Below the pieces are notes generated by a model. The model was given only the letters and a program-made list of their open reading frames with translations, was not told the DNA's origin and searched no databases. Below are positions 35,917-45,634 of a DNA stretch of 64,000 nt, in pieces; positions within the stretch are counted from its first letter, which is position 1; each line of letters opens with the position of its first letter. A program made the position numbers and the translations under genes. The stretch is from an uncultured Desulfatitalea sp. (lineage in GTDB: Bacteria > Desulfobacterota > Desulfobacteria > Desulfobacterales > Desulfosarcinaceae), in contig CAXXMB010000001.1 in NCBI GenBank assembly GCA_963668675.2, forward strand, positions 224,001 to 288,000, written 5' to 3'.

Positions 35917-37053
35917 TTAAAACTCGACAGCCAACTGGGCCGTGATCGTATCGACTTCATTGCCGTCATTCTCATATTCGTCGTGCATGTACTCCAGAGC
36001 CAGGTTGGTGTTGTCGAAAAAGCCCCAGTTGACCACGCCGCCATACTGGGTTTCGGGCAAGAACTCTCCTCCGTCGTCCGAGCCACCGTAGCGCACGGCC
36101 AGTTCCAGGGCGTCGATCACCATGGCCCCGAACTCCACGTTCCAGGCCGACGGCTCGCGCGCCAGCGTTTCGGTGTTGGCGTAGATCTCACCGGCCACAA
36201 ATTCGTCCAAAGCCGCCGTGTACTCTCCGATCAGCCGGAAGCGGTCGAGAAACTCGAAGGTGACGAAGGCGCTCCAACCGGCGACCATCTCCTCGACGGG
36301 ATCCACTTCGCCGTCACTATCTCTGTCGGTAACCGTCTCGGAAAAGCTGTCTGATGAGGTCAGGTCCGAGATGTAGGAGACTCCCAGCGTCAACCCCTCC
36401 AGCGGTTGGGCCGACACACTGGCCACATAGCCGTCGATCATGTCGTCGTCGCCCGCCTCGCCGATCTTGCTGTTGAACGCGCCCACGGCAATGTCCACCA
36501 GGTCGCCGCCGATGCGGTAGCCGAGCACCAGCGCACCCTCGTTGGTCTCGCCCAGCACCAGCGTGTTGGGATCGGTGACGAAGTGGCTGTCGTAGTTGCC
36601 AAACGGCACATACTGGCGCCCGGCGATCAGATAGGCGGGAAATGCCTCGCTGCCGGTCAGGGTGATAAAGCCCTCGTCCACGAACACGTCATCGTCTTCG
36701 TACTTGAACAGCACGTGGCCGTCCACGTGATCGATGATCCTGGCATCGATGGCCAGCTCGACGGTGGCCAGGTCTACATCACTGCTATCCTCATCGTCGG
36801 TGGCCGGGTCGTTGTCGTCGACCGTCTGGTAGTTGGCTTCCACTTCGATCACGCCGCTGATCTGGATGCGGTCGAACCAGCTGGGGCCGGCTACATCCCG
36901 GCCGTTGGCATCTTCGAGTTGCGCCACGCGATCTTCAAGGCTCTTGACGCCGCCCGCCTTTGTTTCGGCTGCCGATGCATTCATGGCCATAACCGAGATG
37001 CTCAATCCCAACATCAATACGAGATACGACAACCACACAACACCTCTCTTCAT
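35917..37053 (-). CDS. LbtU-family outer membrane porin
   Basis: Signal peptide, coiled coil, ISGVIEVEA, AGRQYVPFG, LGETNE, C-terminal QLAVEF. Confidence 0.8.
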   Translation of the reverse strand: MKRGVVWLSYLVLMLGLSISVMAMNASAAETKAGGVKSLEDRVAQLEDANGRDVAGPSWFDRIQISGVIEVEANYQTVDDNDPATDDEDSSDVDLATVELAIDARIIDHVDGHVLFKYEDDDVFVDEGFITLTGSEAFPAYLIAGRQYVPFGNYDSHFVTDPNTLVLGETNEGALVLGYRIGGDLVDIAVGAFNSKIGEAGDDDMIDGYVASVSAQPLEGLTLGVSYISDLTSSDSFSETVTDRDSDGEVDPVEEMVAGWSAFVTFEFLDRFRLIGEYTAALDEFVAGEIYANTETLAREPSAWNVEFGAMVIDALELAVRYGGSDDGGEFLPETQYGGVVNWGFFDNTNLALEYMHDEYENDGNEVDTITAQLAVEF

Positions 37054-37145
37054 TATAAACGCTCCTTTCTGTAATGTTCCAACTGCATCTTCCATAATAT
37101 AGGTTGTGAAAATAGTTGGTTGTCACCTTGTGCGAGGCCCGGAAC

Positions 37146-37194
37146 AAAAAAACCACGAAGACCGGGTCGCAGTATGAAAGACCAGCCTTCGTGG
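37146..37194 (-). terminator. Intrinsic terminator in the 5' leader of the Ni/Co operon
   Basis: CCACGAAG-gctggtc...gacccggt-CTTCGTGG followed by T7 on the minus strand. Confidence 0.7.
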
Positions 37195-37253
37195 CTTGTT
37201 GTTACCAAGATTGTTTTTATTGCAGTGGGAACTTCTGCCCCCGAATTTCGGTA

Positions 37254-37282
37254 AATATAGAGGGGGAGGGGGATTGAGTCAA
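37254..37282 (-). promoter_or_regulatory. Sigma-70 promoter
   Basis: TTGACT-17 nt-TATATT on the minus strand. Confidence 0.65.
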
Positions 37283-37465
37283 TAATTAAAAAAATCAAAT
37301 GGCGCGATTGGAAGTGTTCACTTTTAGTGTTCACTTTTAAGGAGCATCATCCATGACGCCAAACCTGGTTGACGCAACCATGTGCCGCATGGTAAAAATC
37401 CGCTTTAATATTAGAACGGTATAAAACAAATCGAATGAGACGGGTAACGAGGTTGCCTTAGGGAG

Positions 37466-38308
37466 TTGAAGGCGGCGATACTCGGGGTTGCCAAGCGTGT
37501 GGAAGCAAAGACTTTGGGGAAATTAAATCAAAAGCACAGTCGCGGCGGTCCAAATCATTCGGGCTCACCGGTGTTATGCGCGCGGGAGTTGAGTAAGCGG
37601 TACCGGGGCATGGCCAACATTGCCCTGCGTTCATTGGACCTGACCGTTCGAGCTGGAGAAATATTTGGATTTCTAGGCCCAAATGGCGCCGGCAAGACCA
37701 CCGCCATATCGGTGATGAGCACGCTACTGAGGCCGACGGCAGGGCGTGTTGAGATTTGCGGATTGGATGCCTTCCGAAACATCCGCCAGGTGCGCAGCCT
37801 GATTGGGGTGGTTCCCCAGGACATCGCACTGTTCGACACCCTCACTGCATCTGAAAATTTGGCATACTTTGGTCGCCTGTACGGGCTCGGCGGTGACGAC
37901 CTTGTAGAGGCGGTCCGGAGTGCCCTCGATGTGACCGGTCTGGCCGAGCGCAGCCACGATACGGTGGGCACTTTTTCGGGGGGCATGAAGCGCCGCATCA
38001 ATCTGGCGGTGGGTATTTTGCACCGGCCCCAGTTGCTCTTTCTCGACGAGCCGACGGTGGGTATTGATGCCCAGTCGCGCAACAAGATCATGGAAAACCT
38101 GCTCTGGCTGAAAGAGCAGGGCACCACCATGATCTACACCACCCACTACATGGAAGAGGTGCAACGGCTCTGTTCGCGTCTGGCAATTATCGACGAAGGG
38201 CAGATCATCGCCAAGGACGAGACGGGGAATCTGTTGGCCCAGCATCCGGACTGCGGCGATCTGGGCGAGCTTTTTCTGAAACTGACCGGGCATCGGCTCC
38301 GCGATTGA
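37466..38308 (+). CDS. ABC exporter ATP-binding protein (start uncertain)
   Basis: GPNGAGKTT, FSGGMKRR, LDEPTVGID, YTTHYMEE. Confidence 0.9.
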   Translation: MKAAILGVAKRVEAKTLGKLNQKHSRGGPNHSGSPVLCARELSKRYRGMANIALRSLDLTVRAGEIFGFLGPNGAGKTTAISVMSTLLRPTAGRVEICGLDAFRNIRQVRSLIGVVPQDIALFDTLTASENLAYFGRLYGLGGDDLVEAVRSALDVTGLAERSHDTVGTFSGGMKRRINLAVGILHRPQLLFLDEPTVGIDAQSRNKIMENLLWLKEQGTTMIYTTHYMEEVQRLCSRLAIIDEGQIIAKDETGNLLAQHPDCGDLGELFLKLTGHRLRD

Positions 38309-38332
38309 AGTGTTTTAAGAGGGAATAATCGA

Positions 38333-39664
38333 TTGATGACCAAATGGCTGGCAACCCTGATCAAAGAGTGGCGTATCCTGTCGCGGGATCGCACCGGCCT
38401 TCTGATGCTGTTTGCCATGCCGGCCGCACTGGTTGTGGCGATGACGCTGGTGCAGGACAATGTGCTGCGCCGGAGCGGCGGCTTGCAGGTGGCCGGCGTG
38501 GTGGTGGATCTGGATGGTGGTGATGTCGGGCAGCGCCTTACTGCGGCGCTGGAAGCCACCGAGGTCGTCGCGTTCAACCGCTTGGTCGATGGGCGCACGC
38601 CTGATCCGGTCGAGGCGGTGGGCTGGATCGAAGAGGGGCGGTTTCAGTTTCTGGCCGTCATTCCGAAGGGGATCACCGGGGTGGTCCGGGAGCGCGTCCA
38701 ACGCCGCATCGACGATCTAATGGGCGGGAATGAGACGGCCGAAATTCCTGATCTCTATTCGGCCGGGGTGACCCTGCACTTCGATCCGACCTTGCGCCAT
38801 GTCTATCGGACGGCGGTGGAAGGGGCTGTTGCCAGGGCGGTGGCCACCGTGCAGACAGGCTTGACGCTGGCGTATCTGGGAGATGCCCTCGATCGAAACT
38901 TGCAGCAGCGCATCGCGGAGGCGACCGGGGGGTATGCTCCCCAGGGACAAAAGCGGCTGGTGCCTTCCCTGGAGAGTGATGCCCTTTTCACTCCTGTGGT
39001 GGATGTCGTCTCCAACGGAGCCGGCATCTCAGGCACTGAGCGGTTGCCGACGGCGGTACAGCAGAATGTGCCGGCCTGGGCGCTTTTCGGCATGTTTTTT
39101 ATTGTGGTGCCGCTGTCTGGTGCGTTGATCCGCGAGCGCCGCGAAGGGATCTGGGCGCGCCTTATGGTGATGCCGGTCTCCAAGACCATCCTGATCCTGG
39201 GAAAGCTTTCCGCTTATGTGGGGGTCTGCCTGGTGCAGTTCGTCTGCATCGTGCTGGTAGGCAAGTGGTTGTTGCCGCTGATGGGTACCGACACGTTCAT
39301 TCTGGGGGAGCATAAGGGGGCCATCATTCTGGTGGCGGTGTGCAGTGCGCTGGCTGCCAACGGTTTTGGCCTGATGCTGGGGGTGCTTGCGAGGACCAAT
39401 GAGCAGGCTGCCATTCTCGGGCCACTTTGCGTTGTGATTGCTGCTGCTCTGGGGGGGATCATGGTGCCGGTTTTTGCCATGCCTCAGATCATGCAGGTCA
39501 TCAGCCGGGGATCGCCATTGGCGTGGGCCCATGAGGCATTCATGGATCTTCTGGTGCGTGAAAGCAGTGTTTTTCAGATATGGGGGAACTTGTCTCTATT
39601 GCTGCTCTTCTTTCTTCTTACATTAGTGGTATCGATTGTTGCTTTAAAAAAGATCCATAACTAG
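38333..39664 (+). CDS. ABC-2 type exporter permease
   Basis: IKEWRILSRD, PTAVQQNVPAWALFGMFFIV, ALGGIMVP, SPLAW. Confidence 0.9.
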   Translation: MMTKWLATLIKEWRILSRDRTGLLMLFAMPAALVVAMTLVQDNVLRRSGGLQVAGVVVDLDGGDVGQRLTAALEATEVVAFNRLVDGRTPDPVEAVGWIEEGRFQFLAVIPKGITGVVRERVQRRIDDLMGGNETAEIPDLYSAGVTLHFDPTLRHVYRTAVEGAVARAVATVQTGLTLAYLGDALDRNLQQRIAEATGGYAPQGQKRLVPSLESDALFTPVVDVVSNGAGISGTERLPTAVQQNVPAWALFGMFFIVVPLSGALIRERREGIWARLMVMPVSKTILILGKLSAYVGVCLVQFVCIVLVGKWLLPLMGTDTFILGEHKGAIILVAVCSALAANGFGLMLGVLARTNEQAAILGPLCVVIAAALGGIMVPVFAMPQIMQVISRGSPLAWAHEAFMDLLVRESSVFQIWGNLSLLLLFFLLTLVVSIVALKKIHN

Positions 39665-39673
39665 GTTTGCGCC

Positions 39674-39865
39674 GGTTTGTCCATCAGGTCGTATGAGTTC
39701 TCCATGCGACGCTTAATGCTTTAACTGCCGCTAAGATGCGCTGCGGGCGGTTCGCAAACTCGTTGCGCTCAAACAGTGCGAACCGCTGTTCCTCCGCTGC
39801 ATCTAAGCGGCAGTAAAACCATACGCTGAAGGCATGGAGAACTCATACGACCTGATAGACAAACC
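39674..39865. repeat. 192-bp nested inverted repeat between convergent genes
   Basis: Three stems: 34-bp arms (1 mismatch), 16-bp arms (1 mismatch) and a perfect 10-bp stem. Confidence 0.9.
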
Positions 39866-39976
39866 TCTATCGTTGGTTTGATGTTTCTGTTTTAATTTTC
39901 GGTTTAATATAAAGAAGGCAATGGCGAAAAATCACCGGGCGGGTTTTACCCCGCCCAGAGTTGTTTTAGGATGAGG

Positions 39977-41131
39977 CTATTTCGAAGGATCAACCACCTC
40001 GAGAAGCATAAAGCAATGGGCGAAACGGCCGCTTTCGGGGATGAAGCAGAGCAGTTTCTGCCCGTGGGACAGATTACCGCTGTGAAGCAGCTCTTCCAAA
40101 ATGATAAAGATGGCAGCGCTGCCCGTATTGCCTTTGGTCGGCAGGTTGGTGAACCACCGTTCGTAGGGGATTTCGAAACCAACCTTTTTCATGCCCTCGT
40201 AGAATCGCGGCCGGAAGTAGGCCGAGGAGTAGTGAGGCAGGAACCAGTCGACCTGTTCAGGGGTGAGGTCGTGTTTTTGCACGGCGCTGGAGAGCGCTCT
40301 TCCCATGGTGGGTACGATATGTTTGTCCAGGATCTTTATGTCCTGGCGTACGTTGAAAAGGTAGCGGTTTTGCGCTTCGGGAATGTCTTCCATTTTGCGC
40401 CAGCCGGTCATGCTGCCGTCTTCGTCTTTGACCCCGCCGCCGTACATGCAGGTTTCAAGCTCTCCCGAGAAGGCGTAGTGTTCGATCCATTCGATGCGCA
40501 AGTTGAGGCGGTTCTGCGCCATCTGGTTGGAGAGGTAGACGGCGCCGGCGCCGTCGGAGAGCATCCAGCGCAGGAAGTCGGCGTCAAAGGCGCGGATGGG
40601 GGTCTTTTCCAGATCGACGTCCTTGTGGCCGTTTCCTTTAAAGAAGGCGGAGCGCATATAGGAGGAGGCCAGCTCCGATCCGGTGGCCACGGCATTGGTG
40701 CTGCACCCGGCGAGGACATTGAGATAGGCGAACTTCATGGCGGTCATACCTGAGAGGCAGATGCCGCTGGTGGTGACCGCTTCGATGGGCGGCAGTTTCA
40801 ATTCACCCATGACCATGAGGGCGTGACCGGGGAAGTTGAGGTCCGGGCTGGTGGTGCCGCAGCAGAGGCATTGGATCTCCTCGGCGTTGAAGCTGTCATG
40901 GGGGGCCAGGCGTCGAACGGCCTCAGCGGTCAGTTGGGCGTTGGTATGGGTCAAACGTCCGGTCTCAGGATCTATGGCATAATAACGATTTTCGATTTTG
41001 TTGTTTCTTAGAACCATTTTTTTGGTTCGCGAGGGCAGGTCTTTTACCTTGCCCAGGACATTCTCGATGGCATCGTTGTCGACCGGATCGTTGGGCATGA
41101 AAGCTGCTACGTCTTGAATGTAAACGCTCAT
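39977..41131 (-). CDS. darB: DarB/StlD-type beta-ketoacyl-ACP synthase III
   Basis: RYYAID, GHALMV, SGICLSG, FLRWMLSDGAGA, FLPHYSS, GNTGSA, PESGRF. Confidence 0.85.
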   Translation of the reverse strand: MSVYIQDVAAFMPNDPVDNDAIENVLGKVKDLPSRTKKMVLRNNKIENRYYAIDPETGRLTHTNAQLTAEAVRRLAPHDSFNAEEIQCLCCGTTSPDLNFPGHALMVMGELKLPPIEAVTTSGICLSGMTAMKFAYLNVLAGCSTNAVATGSELASSYMRSAFFKGNGHKDVDLEKTPIRAFDADFLRWMLSDGAGAVYLSNQMAQNRLNLRIEWIEHYAFSGELETCMYGGGVKDEDGSMTGWRKMEDIPEAQNRYLFNVRQDIKILDKHIVPTMGRALSSAVQKHDLTPEQVDWFLPHYSSAYFRPRFYEGMKKVGFEIPYERWFTNLPTKGNTGSAAIFIILEELLHSGNLSHGQKLLCFIPESGRFAHCFMLLEVVDPSK

Positions 41132-41223
41132 ATTGTTCTGTATTCCTTTGGAGGTATCGTTCGCACGGCGCTTATTAAAAGCAGCCGTACGTTTCGGGTT
41201 TAATTAAGGTTTATTTAAAACGC

Positions 41224-42159
41224 CTATCCGTCTTCCTTCATTGGATAGCGATTGCCGGCATAGTAGTCGATCATGCGGTTCACCTTGTTGCGACGCAGCA
41301 GCCGCAACACAAATGTCACTGCGGTCGCCAGTGGTGCGATGATAAAGACGGCCGTGAGCAGGTATCCGATAAACAATCGAAGTCTGAAGTGCCTGGCCGG
41401 GTCGCCGGCTTCACCGCCGCGTCGGATAAACTCAGCCCAAACATTGAAAATTTTAAGAATGCGCTGTTCGAACAGGATATAGGAGGGGACCACATTTACG
41501 GCGCCTATCCGATTCAATCGTTCCTGCAGATCCTTCCAACGGCCCTGGTGCAGCGCTTCGTGCAACGGTGTGCCAAACCGTTCGGCCGCTGAGATGTCCT
41601 CCTCCGAGATGCCCGGTTTGGGGAAAAGTTTTAAGAAGCGCTCCTTGCGGCCGCTCAATAGCCAGGCAGATATGGTAATGACCCCCAACAGGTTCGGCGC
41701 CCGGTCCATGAGAACGATGTTTCCGGCCGGGGTTCCGCCACGGTGGACGATTCCTGCCTTTACCCTTTCATGGGCCTGCAACCACATGTTTCTGCAGCCG
41801 ATGATCGTCATGACCGGTCGGTCTTTCATCACCTGTGCCGCTTCGGGGCTTTGAAGGAAGGCGGTCACGGGTGTGCTGGGCGACAGATACCACACCTGAT
41901 AGGCGAGGACGATGCCGTCATAATCATCTTTGGGGTCGAATTGGAACGGTTTGAGCCGGCAGGGAGTGCCTTGCAGCGACTCGGGAAAGACGTCGGCAAA
42001 ACGCAATGCCGTCCAGGGAAAGGGGTAGGGGGGATCGGGACGCAGCTCTTCAAACACCAACTTGATTTGATCGTCGTCGGCGAGGGTCTTGAGCACCGAA
42101 CGAACGATTTGCGTCAGTTGCCCGGATTGGGAGTAGTAAACAACCAGCAGTTTTTTCAT
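41224..42159 (-). CDS. darA: Dialkylresorcinol condensing enzyme DarA
   Basis: VVYYSQSGQL, PYPFPW...FPES, LAYQVWYLSPS, IGCRNMW. Confidence 0.85.
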   Translation of the reverse strand: MKKLLVVYYSQSGQLTQIVRSVLKTLADDDQIKLVFEELRPDPPYPFPWTALRFADVFPESLQGTPCRLKPFQFDPKDDYDGIVLAYQVWYLSPSTPVTAFLQSPEAAQVMKDRPVMTIIGCRNMWLQAHERVKAGIVHRGGTPAGNIVLMDRAPNLLGVITISAWLLSGRKERFLKLFPKPGISEEDISAAERFGTPLHEALHQGRWKDLQERLNRIGAVNVVPSYILFEQRILKIFNVWAEFIRRGGEAGDPARHFRLRLFIGYLLTAVFIIAPLATAVTFVLRLLRRNKVNRMIDYYAGNRYPMKEDG

Positions 42160-42418
42160 TCTTTAAACATCAACGGTCGCCACGGAGCGTTGGACATCTG
42201 AAAGGATTGCACGCTCCGGCGGCTTTCCTGCCCCTTCCAACTGCTTTCTCGCTGACCTTATAATGAAAATAAGGTAAACCCATGTCAAATAGCGAAAGTT
42301 GGCCGAATTGTCAAACGACCATTTAGAGAAAGGGGTACGGTTATTCGGATTGAGGTAAAAAAAGGCGCAACCGCTGCTGCGATTGCGCTCACGACTGTTG
42401 ACTTTAGGTGTCGCCGCC

Positions 42419-42994
42419 TTAAGGCATGATGGCCGTAAGGTAATTTGCCATGATTTTGCCCATGTCGTCGGGGAGTGAACGATCGGACGATCCGGAGGAA
42501 TAGGTCGCCCCCCAGGCATTGACGGAGCTGTTGAGCACCTCTTTGCGAACCTCTTTCCCGGTTGTGCCGTCTATTAACTGCATCGTCAATTCGATGCCGG
42601 AACTACCTGCAAAAACGCCCCCCCACATTCGGGCCATCCCGCTGACAATGCGCAGATCGGTCACTTTTGCCTTCACCAGAAGAGTATCCTTCCTGATTTT
42701 CTGATTTCGTTTCACCATGCCGACCCTGTCGAACAGATTCTTCATTTCAAGGGCCGTTATCATGCTGTGCTGCATGGTTTCGACCGCATTGGGATAATCT
42801 TTGGCAATCTGTGGGGTCGCTTCAAAAGCGTAGCAGAGGATGTCGGTATACTTTTTACTCAGTTTTGCCGCTGAGGCCTGAGGTGTCTGCTCTTCCGGTT
42901 GGGCCTCCTGACCGCCACATGCAGAGAGCATTGCAACCATAAGAATCGTAATACCCCAGATAAGCATCTGTTTCATTCCAAAAGCTCGTTTCAT
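42419..42994 (-). CDS. Lipoprotein, DUF4410-like
   Basis: Lipobox LSAC; RIVSGMARMWGGVFAGSS. Confidence 0.7.
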   Translation of the reverse strand: MKRAFGMKQMLIWGITILMVAMLSACGGQEAQPEEQTPQASAAKLSKKYTDILCYAFEATPQIAKDYPNAVETMQHSMITALEMKNLFDRVGMVKRNQKIRKDTLLVKAKVTDLRIVSGMARMWGGVFAGSSGIELTMQLIDGTTGKEVRKEVLNSSVNAWGATYSSGSSDRSLPDDMGKIMANYLTAIMP

Positions 42995-43275
42995 TCAGTT
43001 TTCCTCCTTTTCTGGTTGGATCATGAATCAGTACCGAGTTGAACCTCCAACGTAGTGTAACAACACATCTTATAGGTTCGGATCATATCTGAATAAGTTG
43101 AGAAAAAGAAAGGGAAATAATCCGTTTTCCCTCCAAATTGAAAAAGGCATAAAAAATGCCAGGCTGTAAAATAAGTTGACACCCAGTGCGGGTGAAACGG
43201 AAAGTTGTGTTTGTTGGCCGTTATCTAACTATAAATAATTATTATAAAAAATATGAATCCAAAATGCAGCTCAAG

Positions 43276-43291
43276 TGGCATGGCCTTTGCC
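43276..43291 (+). promoter_or_regulatory. Sigma-54 promoter
   Basis: TGGCATG-GCCT-TTGCC, about 90 nt upstream of the PBP gene. Confidence 0.65.
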
Positions 43292-43379
43292 GTGGTAAAG
43301 CAGGGAAAGCAGTCGATGGTTGACCGTTAGGCTCGACCTGGTTGATGCCAATATTTAGCAGAACTAAAAGGAGGGCGGC

Positions 43380-44180
43380 ATGCATAACTTATTTCGCTCC
43401 ATCATCGTTGCATCGGCATTGGGGTCTCTTATTTTGACGGCGGTATTCCCCGCTGCAGCATCGGACGTTTTACGATACAGCAGTTCCGCACAAGTCAGAG
43501 ACGTATTTCACGACGAGAGCCTTAGCCGATTTACAAAAATGAGCGGTATCGAGGTGGATCTCTTCGTCGGATCTTCATCTACGGCGCTGCATCGGCTCTT
43601 CAACGGCGTGTGCGATATCTCCAGCACTGCTGAGCCTCTGGCCCCGTCCCACGCAGATTACGGGTACGTGCAAACGGCTTTTTGCAAAGTGCCGTTGATT
43701 GTGATCACCAATGTTCAAACACCCGTAACCGATATCAGTGAAGCGCAACTGCGCGACATCTTTGCAGGCACCATCACCAACTGGAAGGAGCTTGGCGGTC
43801 CGGATCGGGATATTGTTACTATCGTTCCCGGAAAGGATACGGCCGCTTACAAGAATTTTTCCCTGCTTGCCCTTAAGCGGTTTGAAGTCAAATACGACTT
43901 CATGGCCTATCGATCCACTATGGTTGTCACCGCTGTCCATCGGATCCCCTGGAGCATCTCGTTCATTGCCAAGGGGGCGGCCACCCGCGATAAGGCCGTG
44001 AGGATCATGACGGTGAATGGAAGGTCTTATGCCGATGCGGACTACCCTTACAACCAGACGTTCGCATTCGTGACCAAGGGGGAGCCCGCAGGCGGTGCCA
44101 AGGCGCTGATCGACTACGCTCTGTCGCCGGAAGCTAGAGAGGCGTTTAAAAAGAACGGGATCACCCCTCTGCCCGAGTAG
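43380..44180 (+). CDS. Periplasmic substrate-binding protein (PstS/PBP-like fold), orphan
   Basis: Signal peptide; QLRDIFAGTITNWKELGGPD, YPY. Confidence 0.8.
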   Translation: MHNLFRSIIVASALGSLILTAVFPAAASDVLRYSSSAQVRDVFHDESLSRFTKMSGIEVDLFVGSSSTALHRLFNGVCDISSTAEPLAPSHADYGYVQTAFCKVPLIVITNVQTPVTDISEAQLRDIFAGTITNWKELGGPDRDIVTIVPGKDTAAYKNFSLLALKRFEVKYDFMAYRSTMVVTAVHRIPWSISFIAKGAATRDKAVRIMTVNGRSYADADYPYNQTFAFVTKGEPAGGAKALIDYALSPEAREAFKKNGITPLPE

Positions 44181-44307
44181 GGAAACGGTGGTTGCGCGTG
44201 CGGGTCCGGTCAGGACGATGGGCGTTGGTTTGGCCCGATTGGATGAACCCGATTGCGAAGAATTGATTGACTTTATTTCGGCAGGTGGTGTAGCAAATCA
44301 GTCGAGT

Positions 44308-44465
44308 CGATCAAGTGGCCCTTGGCCTTGAAAGGGAAGACGGTGAAAATCCGTCGCGGACCCGCCGCCGTAACCGGGGACGAAAGCTGCAATATGCCAC
44401 TGTCATGTATGACGGGAAGGCGCAGCCGTTAGGACGATCCGGAAGCCGGAAGACCTGCTTGGTAT
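44308..44465 (+). promoter_or_regulatory. Cobalamin riboswitch
   Basis: AAAGGGAAgacGGTGAAAATCCgtcgCGGACCCGCCGCCGTAA ... GCCACTG ... GGGAAGGC ... AGCCGGAAGACCTGC (B12 box), upstream of cbi genes. Confidence 0.95.
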
Positions 44466-44533
44466 CATATCGCCGATTCAGCCCTTCGTGGTGGGGGGCC
44501 GAGCGGCCATTTCCTGGGATAAAAAACGGTACC

Positions 44534-44566
44534 CCGGACCTGTGTATTCAGGTCCGGTTTTTTTTT
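44534..44566 (+). terminator. Riboswitch-controlled intrinsic terminator
   Basis: CCGGACCTG-tgtatt-CAGGTCCGG followed by T9. Confidence 0.85.
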
Positions 44567-44575
44567 GGGGAAGAC

Positions 44576-45634
44576 GTGGGTTGGACTAAATCTCAGTATC
44601 GCCGTTTTCAACGAGTGCCGCTCTGGTCTCTATTGCCGCTTCTGACCCTTGCGCTGGCGGTCGAAATCGTGATCTCCACCGGCGCCGGCTACGTCGAAAT
44701 TCCGCCTGTGGACGTCGCCCGGATCATCGCCGCACACCTGACCGGGGCCGATGGGCTGGTCGCCCAGCTGGATAAGGTGGCTTCCGTTGTGGTCACCGAT
44801 GTGCGGCTGCCGCGGATTCTGACCTCAGTAATAGTGGGAGCCGGGTTGGCCGTCTCGGGTGCCGTGTTTCAGGGCATCCTGCTCAATCCGCTGGCCGATC
44901 CATACACCCTGGGGGTGTCGGCCGGGGCCGCGTTCGGCGCATCCCTGGCCCTTTCGCTCAATCTTGCCCTGTTCGGTCTCTGGCCCGTTCCCCTGTTTGC
45001 CTTTGCCGGCGCCGTGGCAACGCTCATGGTGGTCATCTGGTTGGCTGCCGGCAGCGGCGATCTCTCGTCGGGCAGTTTGATCCTGGCCGGTATCATCGTC
45101 GCTGCCATCCTGTCGGCCGGTGTCAGTTTTCTCAAATACATGGCCGACGAGCAGGTCGGGGTGATCATCTTCTGGTTGATGGGCAGCTTCGCTTCCAAGA
45201 CGTGGCAGGAGGTTTTCATAGCGGCAGTTGCCGTAGGGGCCGGACTGGCTGTCTGCCTCTTTTTCAGCCGTGATCTCAATCTCCTGGCCCTGGGCCATCG
45301 CACCGCCGGTTCACTGGGTGTTGCACCCCGAAAGGTGTCGATGGTTTTGCTGGTGTGCACCTCCCTGATGGCTGCGGTCTGTGTGGCCGTCTCCGGGATC
45401 ATCGGTTTCGTGGGGTTGCTGGTGCCCCACATGGTGCGCTTCGTGACCGGTCCGGACAATCGCCGTTTGATTCCGGCCTCGGCCCTGGCCGGTGCTGCGC
45501 TGCTGCTGCTCGGGGATACGGTCACCCGGGCCGTATTGCCCCAGGAGATTCCCATTGGGGTCATTACGGCGCTCATCGGGGGGCCGGTCTTCTGTTATAT
45601 CTATCGCCGTCGCCATATGCGGCGGCTCATATGA
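44576..45634 (+). CDS. btuC: FecCD/BtuC family ABC permease (start uncertain, GTG after the terminator)
   Basis: VRLPRIL, NPLADPYTLGVSAGA, GIIGFVGLLVPH, IPIGVITALIGGP. Confidence 0.85.
   Translation: MGWTKSQYRRFQRVPLWSLLPLLTLALAVEIVISTGAGYVEIPPVDVARIIAAHLTGADGLVAQLDKVASVVVTDVRLPRILTSVIVGAGLAVSGAVFQGILLNPLADPYTLGVSAGAAFGASLALSLNLALFGLWPVPLFAFAGAVATLMVVIWLAAGSGDLSSGSLILAGIIVAAILSAGVSFLKYMADEQVGVIIFWLMGSFASKTWQEVFIAAVAVGAGLAVCLFFSRDLNLLALGHRTAGSLGVAPRKVSMVLLVCTSLMAAVCVAVSGIIGFVGLLVPHMVRFVTGPDNRRLIPASALAGAALLLLGDTVTRAVLPQEIPIGVITALIGGPVFCYIYRRRHMRRLI

Noticed and set aside
44315..44575. N-terminal extension of the permease ORF in the track
   Set aside because: It runs through the cobalamin riboswitch and its terminator, so it is non-coding leader
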